DNA of 64,000 bases from Dehalococcoidia bacterium (GTDB taxonomy: Bacteria > Chloroflexota > Dehalococcoidia > UBA2979): contig JBJKVL010000011.1 of the NCBI GenBank assembly GCA_045562675.1, positions 21,092-85,091 on the forward strand, in the 5' to 3' direction. The notes under the pieces were generated by a model. It was not told the DNA's origin, did not search any database, and saw only the letters and a list, made by a program, of their open reading frames with translations. A program made the translations under genes and the position numbers. Position 1 is the first letter of the stretch, and every line of letters begins with the position of its first letter. This document shows positions 9,134 through 18,680 of the stretch, piece by piece.

Positions 9134-10297
9134 ATGAAATTGCACGAATATCAAGCAAAAAATATTTTAAAGAACTTTGATGTCACAGTGCCTAACAGTC
9201 TTGTCATCAATAACATAGATGATTTAACGAAAATAGAAAAAAATCTTTCTTACCCTACTGTTGTCAAAGCTCAAGTGCATTCTGGTGCTAGAGGAAAAGC
9301 TGGTGGTATAAAAATAGCAAAGGATTTCAACGAAGTGAATGAATCCGTCAAATCTTTACTTGGTGAAAAGCTCGTGACTCACCAAACTGGTGAAAAAGGA
9401 CTCCCAATCAATGCTATTTTATTAGAAGAAGCTATCGATATTCAACAAGAACTTTATCTAGCAATTACCATAGATGGATCTGTCAGTAATCCTATTTTCA
9501 TATCATCTCCTCAAGGTGGCATGGATATAGAAGCAGTTGCAGAAAAGGATCCAGGTGCAATTTTAACAACAATGATTAATGCAGATGTAGGATTAATGAC
9601 ATTTCAATCACAAGAAATAAATGAACAATTAAATCTTGAAAAAGAAATGATGCCACAGTTACATAAAATTTTAACCGGACTTTTTAATGCATTTATCCAC
9701 TCCGATTCGTCACTTATCGAAATTAACCCTCTTGTGGTTACAAGTGATGGGCAACTAATTGCAGCTGATACAAAATTTTCAATTGATGATAATGCCGCAT
9801 TTCGTCAACAAGAAATTTTTGATGTTAGAGATAAATCACAAGAAGATGAGCTGGAGTTATTAGCTGAAGACAATGGTATTCAAAATTATATTAAATTAGA
9901 TGGTAATATAGGATGCTTGGTGAATGGTGCTGGGTTAGCAATGGCCACTATGGATGCAATAAAATTTTCTGGTGGTTCACCAGCCAATTTTTTAGATATC
10001 GGCACTGCTAATGATCCAGAGGCTGTAGTTGCTGCTTTAAAAATTATTGGTTCTGACTCTGATGTAGAGGCTATATTTATAAATATTTTTGGTGGTCTCG
10101 CTAGAACAGATATTATTGCAGAAGGATTTGTGAAAGCAAAAAAAGATGGAGTAATTCAACAACCTACTGTTATTCGATTAGCAGGCACAAATGTTGAGGA
10201 TGGTAAAAGAATATTAAAAGAATCAAATGTTGATTTTGAATTAGCTGATGGATTTGCTGAAGGAGCAGATCTAGTAGTAAAAGTGTCAAATAAGTAG
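9134..10297 (+). CDS. sucC: succinate--CoA ligase (ADP-forming) beta subunit
   Basis: MKLHEYQAKNIL N-terminus, ATP-grasp fold, 387 aa. Confidence 0.92.
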   Translation: MKLHEYQAKNILKNFDVTVPNSLVINNIDDLTKIEKNLSYPTVVKAQVHSGARGKAGGIKIAKDFNEVNESVKSLLGEKLVTHQTGEKGLPINAILLEEAIDIQQELYLAITIDGSVSNPIFISSPQGGMDIEAVAEKDPGAILTTMINADVGLMTFQSQEINEQLNLEKEMMPQLHKILTGLFNAFIHSDSSLIEINPLVVTSDGQLIAADTKFSIDDNAAFRQQEIFDVRDKSQEDELELLAEDNGIQNYIKLDGNIGCLVNGAGLAMATMDAIKFSGGSPANFLDIGTANDPEAVVAALKIIGSDSDVEAIFINIFGGLARTDIIAEGFVKAKKDGVIQQPTVIRLAGTNVEDGKRILKESNVDFELADGFAEGADLVVKVSNK

Positions 10298-10307
10298 TTG
10301 GGATAAC

Positions 10308-11192
10308 ATGTCTGTTTTATTAAATTCTAACAGCAAAATAATTATTCAAGGCATGGGTTCTGCAGGTGCACGTGAAGCAGAAATCAGTATAAATTATGGA
10401 ACAAATATTGTTGCAGGTGTAACTCCAGGTAAAGGAGGCACAGAAAAAGTTGGTGTGCCTATTTGTAATACAGTTAAAGAGGCTATTGCTCAATATCAAG
10501 GTAATACATCTTTAATTTTTGTCCCTGCCCCATTTTGTAAAGATGCAATCATTGAAGCAATTCTATCAGGCATCAAATTAATTATGTGTATTACTGAGGG
10601 AGTACCGGTAAAAGATATGATGGAAGTAAATTCATTATTACAAAAACATCCTGATACTATACTGATTGGTCCAAATTGTCCTGGTGTTCTCTCTCCAGGC
10701 GAACATGCTAGAGCTGGGATCATGCCTATTGATGTTTATATGCCAGGAAATATCGGTGTGATTTCACGTTCGGGTACATTGGTTTATGAGACTGTTGATC
10801 AATTAACAAGACTTAACATCGGCCAGTCAACATCAGTTGGAGTCGGAGGTGACCCCATTATAGGCACTTCACAAAAAAAAGCCTTAGAACTTTTTGAAGC
10901 TGATTCTGAAACAGCTGGAGTGGTCCTAATAGGTGAAATAGGTGGAAGCGCAGAACAAGAAGCAGCAGAATATATAAAGCAGATGTCTAAGCCGGTAATT
11001 AGTTTTATTGCAGGCACTACAGCACCTCCTGGAAGAAGAATGGGGCATGCAGGCGCAATTATTTCTGGTGCATCTGGCACTGCAAAAGCTAAACAGGATG
11101 CTTTAAAAAGCGCTGGTGCATCAGTAGTCATGTCACCTTCAGAAATTGGAACAACAGTACAAAATGTACTAAAAGATATTGGGCTTCTATAA
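10308..11192 (+). CDS. sucD: succinate--CoA ligase alpha subunit
   Basis: CoA-binding GVTPGKGGT motif and the phospho-His region (MGHAGAIISG). Confidence 0.92.
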   Translation: MSVLLNSNSKIIIQGMGSAGAREAEISINYGTNIVAGVTPGKGGTEKVGVPICNTVKEAIAQYQGNTSLIFVPAPFCKDAIIEAILSGIKLIMCITEGVPVKDMMEVNSLLQKHPDTILIGPNCPGVLSPGEHARAGIMPIDVYMPGNIGVISRSGTLVYETVDQLTRLNIGQSTSVGVGGDPIIGTSQKKALELFEADSETAGVVLIGEIGGSAEQEAAEYIKQMSKPVISFIAGTTAPPGRRMGHAGAIISGASGTAKAKQDALKSAGASVVMSPSEIGTTVQNVLKDIGLL

Positions 11193-11276
11193 ATCAGGGT
11201 ATAAAAAATTCTTGTATATCTGTCTCGTAAAAAATTGAACTGTGTTATCCTTTTGCATGAACAATAGGTTAAATTT

Positions 11277-11368
11277 GGAGAGGTCGCATAGTGGCCTAGT
11301 GCGGGCGCCTGCTAAGCGCTTAGGGGGATTATTCCTCCTCGTGGGTTCGAATCCCACCCTCTCCGCCA
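11277..11368 (+). tRNA. tRNA-Ser (anticodon GCU) with long variable arm, CCA encoded
   Basis: GGAGAGG acceptor stem pairs with CCTCTCC; D-loop AGTGGCCTAGT; anticodon loop CUGCUAA; long extra arm; T-arm GGTTCGAATCC; 3' CCA. Confidence 0.85.
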
Positions 11369-11384
11369 TAAAATTTGAGAAAAA

Positions 11385-12680
11385 ATGAGTAGTTTTTATA
11401 TATCCACCATTGGATGCCAAATGAATGAAGCAGATTCTTTGAAATTGTCTGCTGGTTTAAAAAAATTTGGATTAGAAGAGTTAACCTCTGATAAAAATGC
11501 TGATTTAGTAGTAATTAATACATGTGCGGTTAGACAACATGCTGAGGAACGTGCATTTGGACAATTAGGAAATTTGAAAAAAAGAAGAAAAAATGGAGAG
11601 AAATTCAAAGTTGCTGTCATGGGATGTATGGTCAGTAATAAAAATAAAACTCTAGAAAGAAAATTTCCAATTGTTGATGTATGGGCCAAACCTCAAGAAT
11701 TCAATCCAATCATTGAATTAATGATCAAAAATTCTGATATATCTGATGGAGAATTTTGGCCTGATACATTTGGTACACCAAACAGCATTACTGGATTTGT
11801 TCCAGTTATTCATGGATGCAATAAAGTTTGCACCTATTGTATTGTTCCATTGAGAAGAGGTAGAGAAATATCTAGAAATCCTAATGAAATTATCGATGAA
11901 ATAAAACATTTAGCTAATAGAGGAGTTAAAGAAGTAACTTTAGTTGGTCAAACAGTTGAATCATATGGAAATGATTTAAATGAAAAGAGTGATTTAGGTG
12001 ATATATTTGATGCTATAGAAAATATAGATGAAATATTAAGAGTGAGATTTTTAACTTCATATCCAGTAGATATGACTGATAAGATTATTCATACTATTGC
12101 AAATTCTCAAAAAGTATGTAATCACTTTTTAATTCCGGTTCAATCTGGTTCTGATGATATGTTGTTGAGAATGCGAAGAGGGTACTCAATTTCTGAATTT
12201 TATGAACGGGTGACATTTATCAAAAAAATAATTCCAAATGCAGCAATTTCAACAGACATAATCGTTGGATTCCCTGATGAATCAGAAGAAGAATTCCAAG
12301 ATACTATCAAATTAATTAAAGACGTAGAATTTGATAAAATTCATATTGCTGCATATTCACCTCGGCCAGGAACTTATGCATACAGAAAATTAGAAGATAA
12401 CATTCCTTTAGAAATCAAGAAGGAAAGATTGCAGATTGTTGAAGCAGTACAAAAAGATATTGCATTAAAGAAAAATTCAAAACTAGTAAACGCAACTGTT
12501 GATGTTTTAGTAGAGAAAGAAGAAAACGGTAGATGTTCAGGCAGAACACAAAACAACCAATTGGTACATTTTAATGGTAATCAAGTAATTGGTAAAATTG
12601 TTAAAGTTAAAATATTTGAAATAAGTCCTTGGTCTCTTAAGGGAGTTATGAGTAATAGCGAAGAATTAGCTGTATTATAA
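11385..12680 (+). CDS. miaB: tRNA (N6-isopentenyl adenosine(37)-C2)-methylthiotransferase (radical SAM MTTase, MiaB-like)
   Basis: UPF0004 N-domain (IGCQMNEADS), radical SAM CxxxCxxC (CNKVCTYC) and a C-terminal TRAM domain. Confidence 0.8.
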   Translation: MSSFYISTIGCQMNEADSLKLSAGLKKFGLEELTSDKNADLVVINTCAVRQHAEERAFGQLGNLKKRRKNGEKFKVAVMGCMVSNKNKTLERKFPIVDVWAKPQEFNPIIELMIKNSDISDGEFWPDTFGTPNSITGFVPVIHGCNKVCTYCIVPLRRGREISRNPNEIIDEIKHLANRGVKEVTLVGQTVESYGNDLNEKSDLGDIFDAIENIDEILRVRFLTSYPVDMTDKIIHTIANSQKVCNHFLIPVQSGSDDMLLRMRRGYSISEFYERVTFIKKIIPNAAISTDIIVGFPDESEEEFQDTIKLIKDVEFDKIHIAAYSPRPGTYAYRKLEDNIPLEIKKERLQIVEAVQKDIALKKNSKLVNATVDVLVEKEENGRCSGRTQNNQLVHFNGNQVIGKIVKVKIFEISPWSLKGVMSNSEELAVL

Positions 12681-12698
12681 AAATTCAGAAATAGAATT

Positions 12699-13337
12699 AT
12701 GCAAAATTATGAAATCGCTACTGTTATTGTAATCTTTGGTATCATCGATAAACAATTAAATATCCTATTAGTCAAGCGTTCAGCTGAACCAGAAAATAAC
12801 AAATGGGCATTACCAGGTGGATTGTGGATTGGTGAAAACAATCTTCAAGAAACTGCCACAGATAAATTATTATTAGAAACCGGCGCTAAAGATGTTTATT
12901 TAGAACAGCTTTTTACGCTGTCCGGTTTAAATTTAGAAAATCCAAAAAGCTTAGCTGTATGTTACTTCGCTTTGGTCAACGAAAAAAATGTTCAATTAAG
13001 AAAAGAGGATGCATGGCATCCTAAATGGTTCAATGCTAATGAAATGCTTGATTTAGCTTTTCAAAACGATTTAGTTATTGAAAGGGCAATTAATAGAATA
13101 GAGTCAAAATTAGAATATTCTAATGTAGCATATAGCTTATTGCCAAATGAGTTTACTATGAGAGAATTACAAGAAACCTATGAAGCAATTACTGGAAAAA
13201 ATTATGATAGAAGAAATTTTAGAAAAAGAATGATAAGTAATAATTTAATTCAAGAAACTGGTAATTTACGAAAAGCTGGTGCACATAGGCCATCCTCTCT
13301 ATATGAATTTATTTCCAAATTGCCTACGATATATTAA
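12699..13337 (+). CDS. nrtR: NrtR-like Nudix-family transcriptional regulator (degenerate Nudix domain + C-terminal winged helix)
   Basis: The Nudix box is degenerate (GGLWIGENNLQETATDKLLLETGA lacks the canonical REUxEE). The C-terminal ~90 aa (NFRKRMISNNLIQETG...GAHRPSSLYEF) resembles the NrtR wHTH domain. It sits immediately upstream of nadA-nadC. Confidence 0.6.
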   Translation: MQNYEIATVIVIFGIIDKQLNILLVKRSAEPENNKWALPGGLWIGENNLQETATDKLLLETGAKDVYLEQLFTLSGLNLENPKSLAVCYFALVNEKNVQLRKEDAWHPKWFNANEMLDLAFQNDLVIERAINRIESKLEYSNVAYSLLPNEFTMRELQETYEAITGKNYDRRNFRKRMISNNLIQETGNLRKAGAHRPSSLYEFISKLPTIY

Positions 13338-13413
13338 AAAAATATTCTTGATCAAATAGTTAATATTCTGTTGATTTTACAGTTAATAAATATGTATCCT
13401 TATATTAATAAGA

Positions 13414-13438
13414 ACTTTGCGTACTAAATACGCAAAGT
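13414..13438. promoter_or_regulatory. perfect 10-bp inverted repeat (ACTTTGCGTA-ctaaa-TACGCAAAGT), candidate operator 10 nt upstream of the nadA start
   Basis: Direct reading of the sequence. It lies between the NrtR-like gene and nadA and is followed by AGGGA (RBS) and ATG at 13449. No T-tract follows, so it is not a terminator. Confidence 0.35.
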
Positions 13439-13448
13439 AGGGATTATT

Positions 13449-14651
13449 ATGCAGGCAAAAAACAATATTGTTTTACAAACAACTGATATAGTTGAGTGTG
13501 AAACTCCCATGCAGATAGAAACGTTACCCCTTACTGAAGAGGCATCATTTTCAGATTGGCAACAAGAAATACCAAAAAAATATTTTGACTTGTCTGCGGA
13601 AGAGATTAGTAGCCGCATTAAAGAGTATAAATCTAAAATGAGTAATGACCTAATTATTTTAGGTCATCACTATCAAAGAGAAGACATAATTCAATTCGCT
13701 GATAGAATTGGTGATTCATATGCTTTATCAGTCTATGCATCTGAAAATAAAAAAACTCCCTACATTATATTTTGTGGTGTGCATTTCATGGCAGAGGCAG
13801 CAGACATTTTAACTAATGATGAGCAAACAGTTATATTGCCGAATTTAGAAGCTGGATGCTCTATGGCTGACATGGCAAATAGACCAGATGTTAGTTCAGC
13901 ATGGAAAGAATTGAAAGATAAATTTCCAAACACAAAAATTATCCCAATCACATATATCAATTCTCCAGCAACACTTAAAGCATTTTGTGGTGCAAATGAT
14001 GGAATCGTATGTACTTCTTCTAATGCTGACAAAGTAATTCAATGGGCATTTCAAAGAGGAGAAAAGGTTTTCTTTTTCCCAGATCAGCATTTAGGAAGAA
14101 ATACGAGCCATAAATTAGGCATTAAAGATTCAGAAATAAGTTTATGGGATTGGAGAGCATATAATACATCCCTAGGTGGGAATAGCGAACAAGATATAAG
14201 AAATTCTAAAGTGATCTTGTGGGATGGATTTTGTTCTGTTCATCAAAGATTTACTACAGATCAAATTAATGAAGCTCGTCAACAATATCCAAACATACAA
14301 ATTGTTGTCCATCCAGAATGCAATGCAGACGTTGTGCAAAATGCTGATGCTGTCGGCTCGACTGCATTTATTGCAGATTATACAAATAATGCAAAGCCAG
14401 GTAGTGTTATTGGTATTGGGACTGAAGTTAATCTCGTTTCAAGATTAGCAAAAGAAAATCCAGACAAAACCATTTTTTGCTTAGACTCAGTTATTTGTCC
14501 GTGCAGTACAATGTATAGGGTGCACCCTGCTTATTTGTTATGGGTCATAGAATCATTAAGCAAGGATCAAGTTGTCAACCAAATTTCTGTCAGCACTCAG
14601 GACAAAGCAAATGCAAAAATCGCATTGGAGCGAATGCTAGAAGTCAGTTAG
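13449..14651 (+). CDS. nadA: quinolinate synthase
   Basis: LGHHYQREDIIQFAD..., CGVHFMAEAA and the conserved Cys ligands identify NadA. The ~45 aa N-terminal extension relative to typical NadA has an uncertain start. Confidence 0.9.
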   Translation: MQAKNNIVLQTTDIVECETPMQIETLPLTEEASFSDWQQEIPKKYFDLSAEEISSRIKEYKSKMSNDLIILGHHYQREDIIQFADRIGDSYALSVYASENKKTPYIIFCGVHFMAEAADILTNDEQTVILPNLEAGCSMADMANRPDVSSAWKELKDKFPNTKIIPITYINSPATLKAFCGANDGIVCTSSNADKVIQWAFQRGEKVFFFPDQHLGRNTSHKLGIKDSEISLWDWRAYNTSLGGNSEQDIRNSKVILWDGFCSVHQRFTTDQINEARQQYPNIQIVVHPECNADVVQNADAVGSTAFIADYTNNAKPGSVIGIGTEVNLVSRLAKENPDKTIFCLDSVICPCSTMYRVHPAYLLWVIESLSKDQVVNQISVSTQDKANAKIALERMLEVS

Positions 14652-14667
14652 GTAGCTCCTATCTATC

Positions 14668-15528
14668 ATGAATGAACAATTACTTAACAGTGAAAACATA
14701 CAATCAATTGTACAATTAGCACTTAGAGAAGATGCTGCTTACAATGACATAACAACAGCCAATTTAATTCCTGATCATCATCATGAAAACTTTTCTCTAA
14801 TTGCAAATGAGAAAGGTATTTTATCAGGTTTAAAATTACTAAAAGAAGTAATGAATCAAATGTCAGAGAACATCCAGATAAAATTAATGAAAAATGACGG
14901 CGATGCAATTAAAGATGGGGATTTAATATGTGAAATATCAGGACCAATTAACAAAATACTAAGTGGAGAAAGGGTTGCTCTTAATTTTTTACAAATGCTT
15001 TCTGGAATCTCATCACTGACATATGAATTTATTCAAAAAATTAATTCCAATCAAATTATTATTCGTGACACAAGAAAAACTCGGCCATTATTACGTAAAT
15101 TAGAAAAATATGCCGTCATTCAAGGAGGAGGACAGAATCACAGAAATACTCTTGAAGATTTTATTCTCATAAAAGATAATCATTTGAATTGGGCAAAAAA
15201 AAATAATATCAGTATTACAGCAATGATAGAAAAATATAGAGAGCAATTGGATGAAAGTCATATTATTGAAATTGAAGTAGAATCAATTGATGATGCTGTG
15301 GAAGCTTTAAATTCTAATGTTGATTTATTATTACTAGACAATATGCATATCGAGCAAATAAAAGAAATATGTTTACTCAAATCAAAATCAAAAACTAAAA
15401 TTGAGATATCTGGCGGTATTAATCTATCAAATATCCACCAATATGCTGACTTAAAAATTGATTATATTGCTATAGGAGCACTAATACATTCTGCGAAATT
15501 CTTTGATTTTAGCTTAGAAATCAATTAA
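14668..15528 (+). CDS. nadC: nicotinate-nucleotide diphosphorylase (carboxylating)
   Basis: QPRTase family signature (RDTRKTRP..., KYAVIQGGGQNHR), 286 aa. Confidence 0.9.
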   Translation: MNEQLLNSENIQSIVQLALREDAAYNDITTANLIPDHHHENFSLIANEKGILSGLKLLKEVMNQMSENIQIKLMKNDGDAIKDGDLICEISGPINKILSGERVALNFLQMLSGISSLTYEFIQKINSNQIIIRDTRKTRPLLRKLEKYAVIQGGGQNHRNTLEDFILIKDNHLNWAKKNNISITAMIEKYREQLDESHIIEIEVESIDDAVEALNSNVDLLLLDNMHIEQIKEICLLKSKSKTKIEISGGINLSNIHQYADLKIDYIAIGALIHSAKFFDFSLEIN

Positions 15529-15863
15529 TTTGACTTATTTTTCTTATTAGATGTATTGTTTTGCTTTTTTTTAGCAGCATCTCCATGTAAAGTATCGTCT
15601 TTTTCAGGCCATTGTTCAGGAGGATCTTCATTTCTGGCTGATGTAGTTGGTAAAACTTCAGGTTTTCTGTTATCTTTCCTTGTATCAGTAGTATAAAAAC
15701 CAACCCCCCTGTATCGAAAAGTTGGTACATTTAGTTGTCGAATTGCTTTAGCTTTCTTGCATTGTTTACATTTTTGTTCTCTAGGAGAACCGAAAGACTC
15801 CTCAGATTCATATCTGCAACCCTTTGAGCATAAATAATCATATTTTGGCACAATATCTCGCAA
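15525..15863 (-). CDS. FmdB-family zinc-ribbon protein
   Basis: N-terminal PKYDYLCSKGC...KCKQCKK matches the CxxC...CxxC FmdB zinc-ribbon pattern, followed by a basic low-complexity tail. It converges on nadC with a 4-nt overlap. Confidence 0.55.
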   Translation of the reverse strand: MRDIVPKYDYLCSKGCRYESEESFGSPREQKCKQCKKAKAIRQLNVPTFRYRGVGFYTTDTRKDNRKPEVLPTTSARNEDPPEQWPEKDDTLHGDAAKKKQNNTSNKKNKSN

Positions 15864-15997
15864 TCAAATTTATTTACGTAACTTTATGTTTATATTAATC
15901 ATATTAAGTAAACAAGTAGTGAAAAAATAATATTCAGTTGATAACGTAAATAAGCAGTCTAATTACTTAACATGATAATTTTAAAAAAAAGATTTGT

Positions 15998-16030
15998 TTG
16001 ACTATAATCTAAACTCATTAACAATATATA
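15998..16030 (+). promoter_or_regulatory. candidate sigma70-like promoter elements upstream of rpsB (TTGACT / TATAAT-like)
   Basis: TTGACT at 15998..16003 and TATAAT at 16003..16008 lie in a 234-bp AT-rich non-coding region. Spacing is ambiguous and there is no experimental support. Confidence 0.25.
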
Positions 16031-16097
16031 CTTATATTCTTGGAATTCAGATAAAAATTACAACTAAAAAAGAAAGAATAGTATAAAGGAGAAAAAG

Positions 16098-16835
16098 TTG
16101 TCAATAGCAGAAAAAATGCGAGAAATGCTTGCAGCAGGTGTTCATTTTGGCCATCAAAAATCAAAGTGGAATCCAAAAATGAAAAGGTTCATTCATAGTG
16201 AAAATAATGGTATTCATATTCTTGATCTAGGGGAAAGTTCAAAATTGGTTGAAGATGCCATAACCTTAGTTGAATCTGTAACATCAAATGGTGGAATTAT
16301 TCTTTATGTAGGCACAAAAAAACAGGCTGTTGATATTATTATCTCAGCTGCAGAGCAATCTAATATGCCTTTTGTCACAAATCGTTGGTTGGGAGGAACA
16401 CTCACCAATTGGCCTACAATTTCAAAACGCATAGATAGACTCAGGGAAATTGATGAAATGGATCTTAGTGATTTATTTTCTAATATGACAAAAAAAGAAA
16501 CTGTTTTATTTGAAAGAGACAGAAATAGAATGGAAAGATCATTTGGTGGTCTAAGAAAATTAACTCAAATTCCAAGAGTGATTTTTTGCGTTGATCCAAA
16601 TGTAGATCATATTGCTGTCTTAGAAGCAAAAAAAATTGGTATCCCTGTGATTGCGCTATGTGATTCAAATGCTGATCCAGATTTAATTGATTACCCTATT
16701 CCTGCCAATGATGATGCAATCAGATCAATAGAGCTTATCACTAAGTATATTGCAGATGCAGCTGTTAAAGGCAAGGAATTATTTGCCGCAAAAAATAAAG
16801 AAAATCCTAATACAGAAAAAGCTGCTAAAGCTTAA
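16098..16835 (+). CDS. rpsB: 30S ribosomal protein S2
   Basis: TTG start preceded by AAGGAG; AAGVHFGHQ motif; 245 aa. Confidence 0.92.
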   Translation: MSIAEKMREMLAAGVHFGHQKSKWNPKMKRFIHSENNGIHILDLGESSKLVEDAITLVESVTSNGGIILYVGTKKQAVDIIISAAEQSNMPFVTNRWLGGTLTNWPTISKRIDRLREIDEMDLSDLFSNMTKKETVLFERDRNRMERSFGGLRKLTQIPRVIFCVDPNVDHIAVLEAKKIGIPVIALCDSNADPDLIDYPIPANDDAIRSIELITKYIADAAVKGKELFAAKNKENPNTEKAAKA

Positions 16836-16856
16836 TCAGGATATAAGGAGAAAATT

Positions 16857-17327
16857 ATGTCAAATACAGAAAGTATCAAATTACTAAGAAGTGAAACAGG
16901 TGCTGGCGTAATGGATGCTAAGCGAGCTTTAGAAGAAGCAAATGACGATTTTGAAAAAGCAAAAGATATCCTTAAAGAAAAAGGAATAGCAGATGCGGAA
17001 AAAAGAGCAAGTAGAGCGACTGGCCAAGGAGTTATTGAATCCTATATTCATCAAGGTAATAGGCTCGGTGCAATTATTGAGATCAATTGTGAAACAGACT
17101 TCGTAGCACGTACTAGTGAATTTAAAAATCTTGCAAAGAATCTTGCAATGCAAGTTGCTGCAATGGATCCAGCATCAATTGATAATGACAATGATTCTCT
17201 TATGGAGCAGCAGTATATAAAAGATTCTGATAAGCTTATTAAAGAACTTGTTCAAGAAGTTATTGCTCAAACTGGAGAGAATATCAAAATAAAGAGATTC
17301 CAAAGATTTGAAGTTGGTGGCGAGTAA
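16857..17327 (+). CDS. tsf: translation elongation factor Ts (short form)
   Basis: UBA-like N-domain (LRSETGAGVMDAKRAL) and the TDFVART motif. At 156 aa it is shorter than most EF-Ts proteins. Confidence 0.8.
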   Translation: MSNTESIKLLRSETGAGVMDAKRALEEANDDFEKAKDILKEKGIADAEKRASRATGQGVIESYIHQGNRLGAIIEINCETDFVARTSEFKNLAKNLAMQVAAMDPASIDNDNDSLMEQQYIKDSDKLIKELVQEVIAQTGENIKIKRFQRFEVGGE

Positions 17328-17354
17328 TAAAATTAGACAGAATTTATAGACACG

Positions 17355-17912
17355 ATGGAATCAATCGAAATTAACCAAATCAACTCTAAAATGGAAAAAA
17401 CCATCCTGGCTTTCAATAATTCTATTTCCGCAGTCCGTACGGGAAGAGCATCTACTTCATTAATAGAAAATATTGAAATTGAAGTATATGGTCAAAAAAT
17501 GCCCCTTCAACAATTAGCTACATTATCTATACCAGAACCTTCACTAATTAATGTTCAAGTATGGGATAAAAATAATATAGATGCTGTTATGAAAGCCATT
17601 CAATTAAGTGATTTGGGGATTAATCCTTCTTCGGACTCGGATTTTGTTAAAGTTCCTATCCCTCCCTTGACAGAAGAAAGAAGAAAAGAATTAGCAAAAA
17701 AAATTAAACAAATAGCCGAAGAGTCAAAAGTTTCCGTTAGAAATATTCGTAGACAATATAGCGATGCAATTAAGGAAGCAAAAAAAGAAGGTGCAATTTC
17801 TCAAGATGAAGAAAGCCGAATAACTGGAAATTTAGAAAAAGCTACTAAAGAGTATAATTTAAAAATTGATCTACTTTCTGAAAAAAAACAAAACGAACTA
17901 CTGGAAATCTAA
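17355..17912 (+). CDS. frr: ribosome recycling factor
   Basis: 185 aa RRF; conserved VRTGRAS and the C-terminal coiled-coil. Confidence 0.9.
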   Translation: MESIEINQINSKMEKTILAFNNSISAVRTGRASTSLIENIEIEVYGQKMPLQQLATLSIPEPSLINVQVWDKNNIDAVMKAIQLSDLGINPSSDSDFVKVPIPPLTEERRKELAKKIKQIAEESKVSVRNIRRQYSDAIKEAKKEGAISQDEESRITGNLEKATKEYNLKIDLLSEKKQNELLEI

Positions 17913-17915
17913 ATA

Positions 17916-18650
17916 ATGAATGTATCCAAACTTGACCTCGCTAGGCAAACTTTAAATCTAAATATCACTCCAATTCATGTAGCAATTATGATGGATGGTA
18001 ATGGAAGATGGGCAAATAAAAATAGCCTTTCAAGAAAAGAAGGTCATATTGCTGGCTCAAAAGCTTTTCTTGAAGTAGTAAAAAGATTAATCGAATATGA
18101 CATCAAATATATTTCCATATTTGCATTTTCTACAGAAAATTGGAATAGGCCAGGTGAAGAGGTAAAAGATTTAATGGACTTATCAAAAGACTTCATTCAA
18201 AACAATCTTGAACTAATCGATAAATATAATATCCAACTCAATCATCTTGGTCATCTTGATAAGTTACCTCAAGATTTACAAGAACAAATCATTGATGCAA
18301 TTGAAATTACAAAAAATAACACAGGCACAACAATTAACATTGCTTTCGATTATGGAGGGAAACAAGATATTGTAGACTCATTAAAAAATATTATTGCAAA
18401 AAAGATTCCTATAGATGAGATCAATGAATCAACTGTTAGCCAGCATCTTTCTACTGCTGGTATGCCAGATCCAGATCTAATAATAAGACCTGGTGGCGAG
18501 CAAAGAATATCTAATTTTCTTATCTGGCAATCAGCATACGCAGAATATTACTATACAGAAACATTATGGCCTGATTTTACTGCAGATGAAATTGACCAAG
18601 CTTTAATTGATTTTGCAAATAGAGAAAGACGTTTTGGAAAAACAAAATAA
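17916..18650 (+). CDS. uppS: isoprenyl transferase (undecaprenyl diphosphate synthase)
   Basis: HVAIMMDGNGRWA and the C-terminal RFG motif identify a cis-prenyltransferase. Confidence 0.92.
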   Translation: MNVSKLDLARQTLNLNITPIHVAIMMDGNGRWANKNSLSRKEGHIAGSKAFLEVVKRLIEYDIKYISIFAFSTENWNRPGEEVKDLMDLSKDFIQNNLELIDKYNIQLNHLGHLDKLPQDLQEQIIDAIEITKNNTGTTINIAFDYGGKQDIVDSLKNIIAKKIPIDEINESTVSQHLSTAGMPDPDLIIRPGGEQRISNFLIWQSAYAEYYYTETLWPDFTADEIDQALIDFANRERRFGKTK

Positions 18651-18680
18651 AAGCTATATATTTACATTAATGAGAGAAAA

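Noticed and set aside
11277-11368. Possible use of tRNA-Ser as an integration site for a mobile element.
   Set aside because: It is flanked on both sides by core genes (sucD, miaB), with no integrase, direct repeat of the tRNA 3' end, or compositional shift downstream.
11187-11420. 77-aa minus-strand ORF overlapping the tRNA-Ser gene and the sucD-miaB spacer.
   Set aside because: It spans a well-formed tRNA on the opposite strand and its product is largely the antisense of tRNA sequence; spurious.
13414-13438. Inverted repeat before nadA considered as an intrinsic terminator of the upstream NrtR-like gene.
   Set aside because: No U-tract follows the stem (AGGGATTATT then ATG); the stem is AT-moderate, and it sits over the nadA ribosome-binding region, which is more consistent with an operator or translational element than a terminator.
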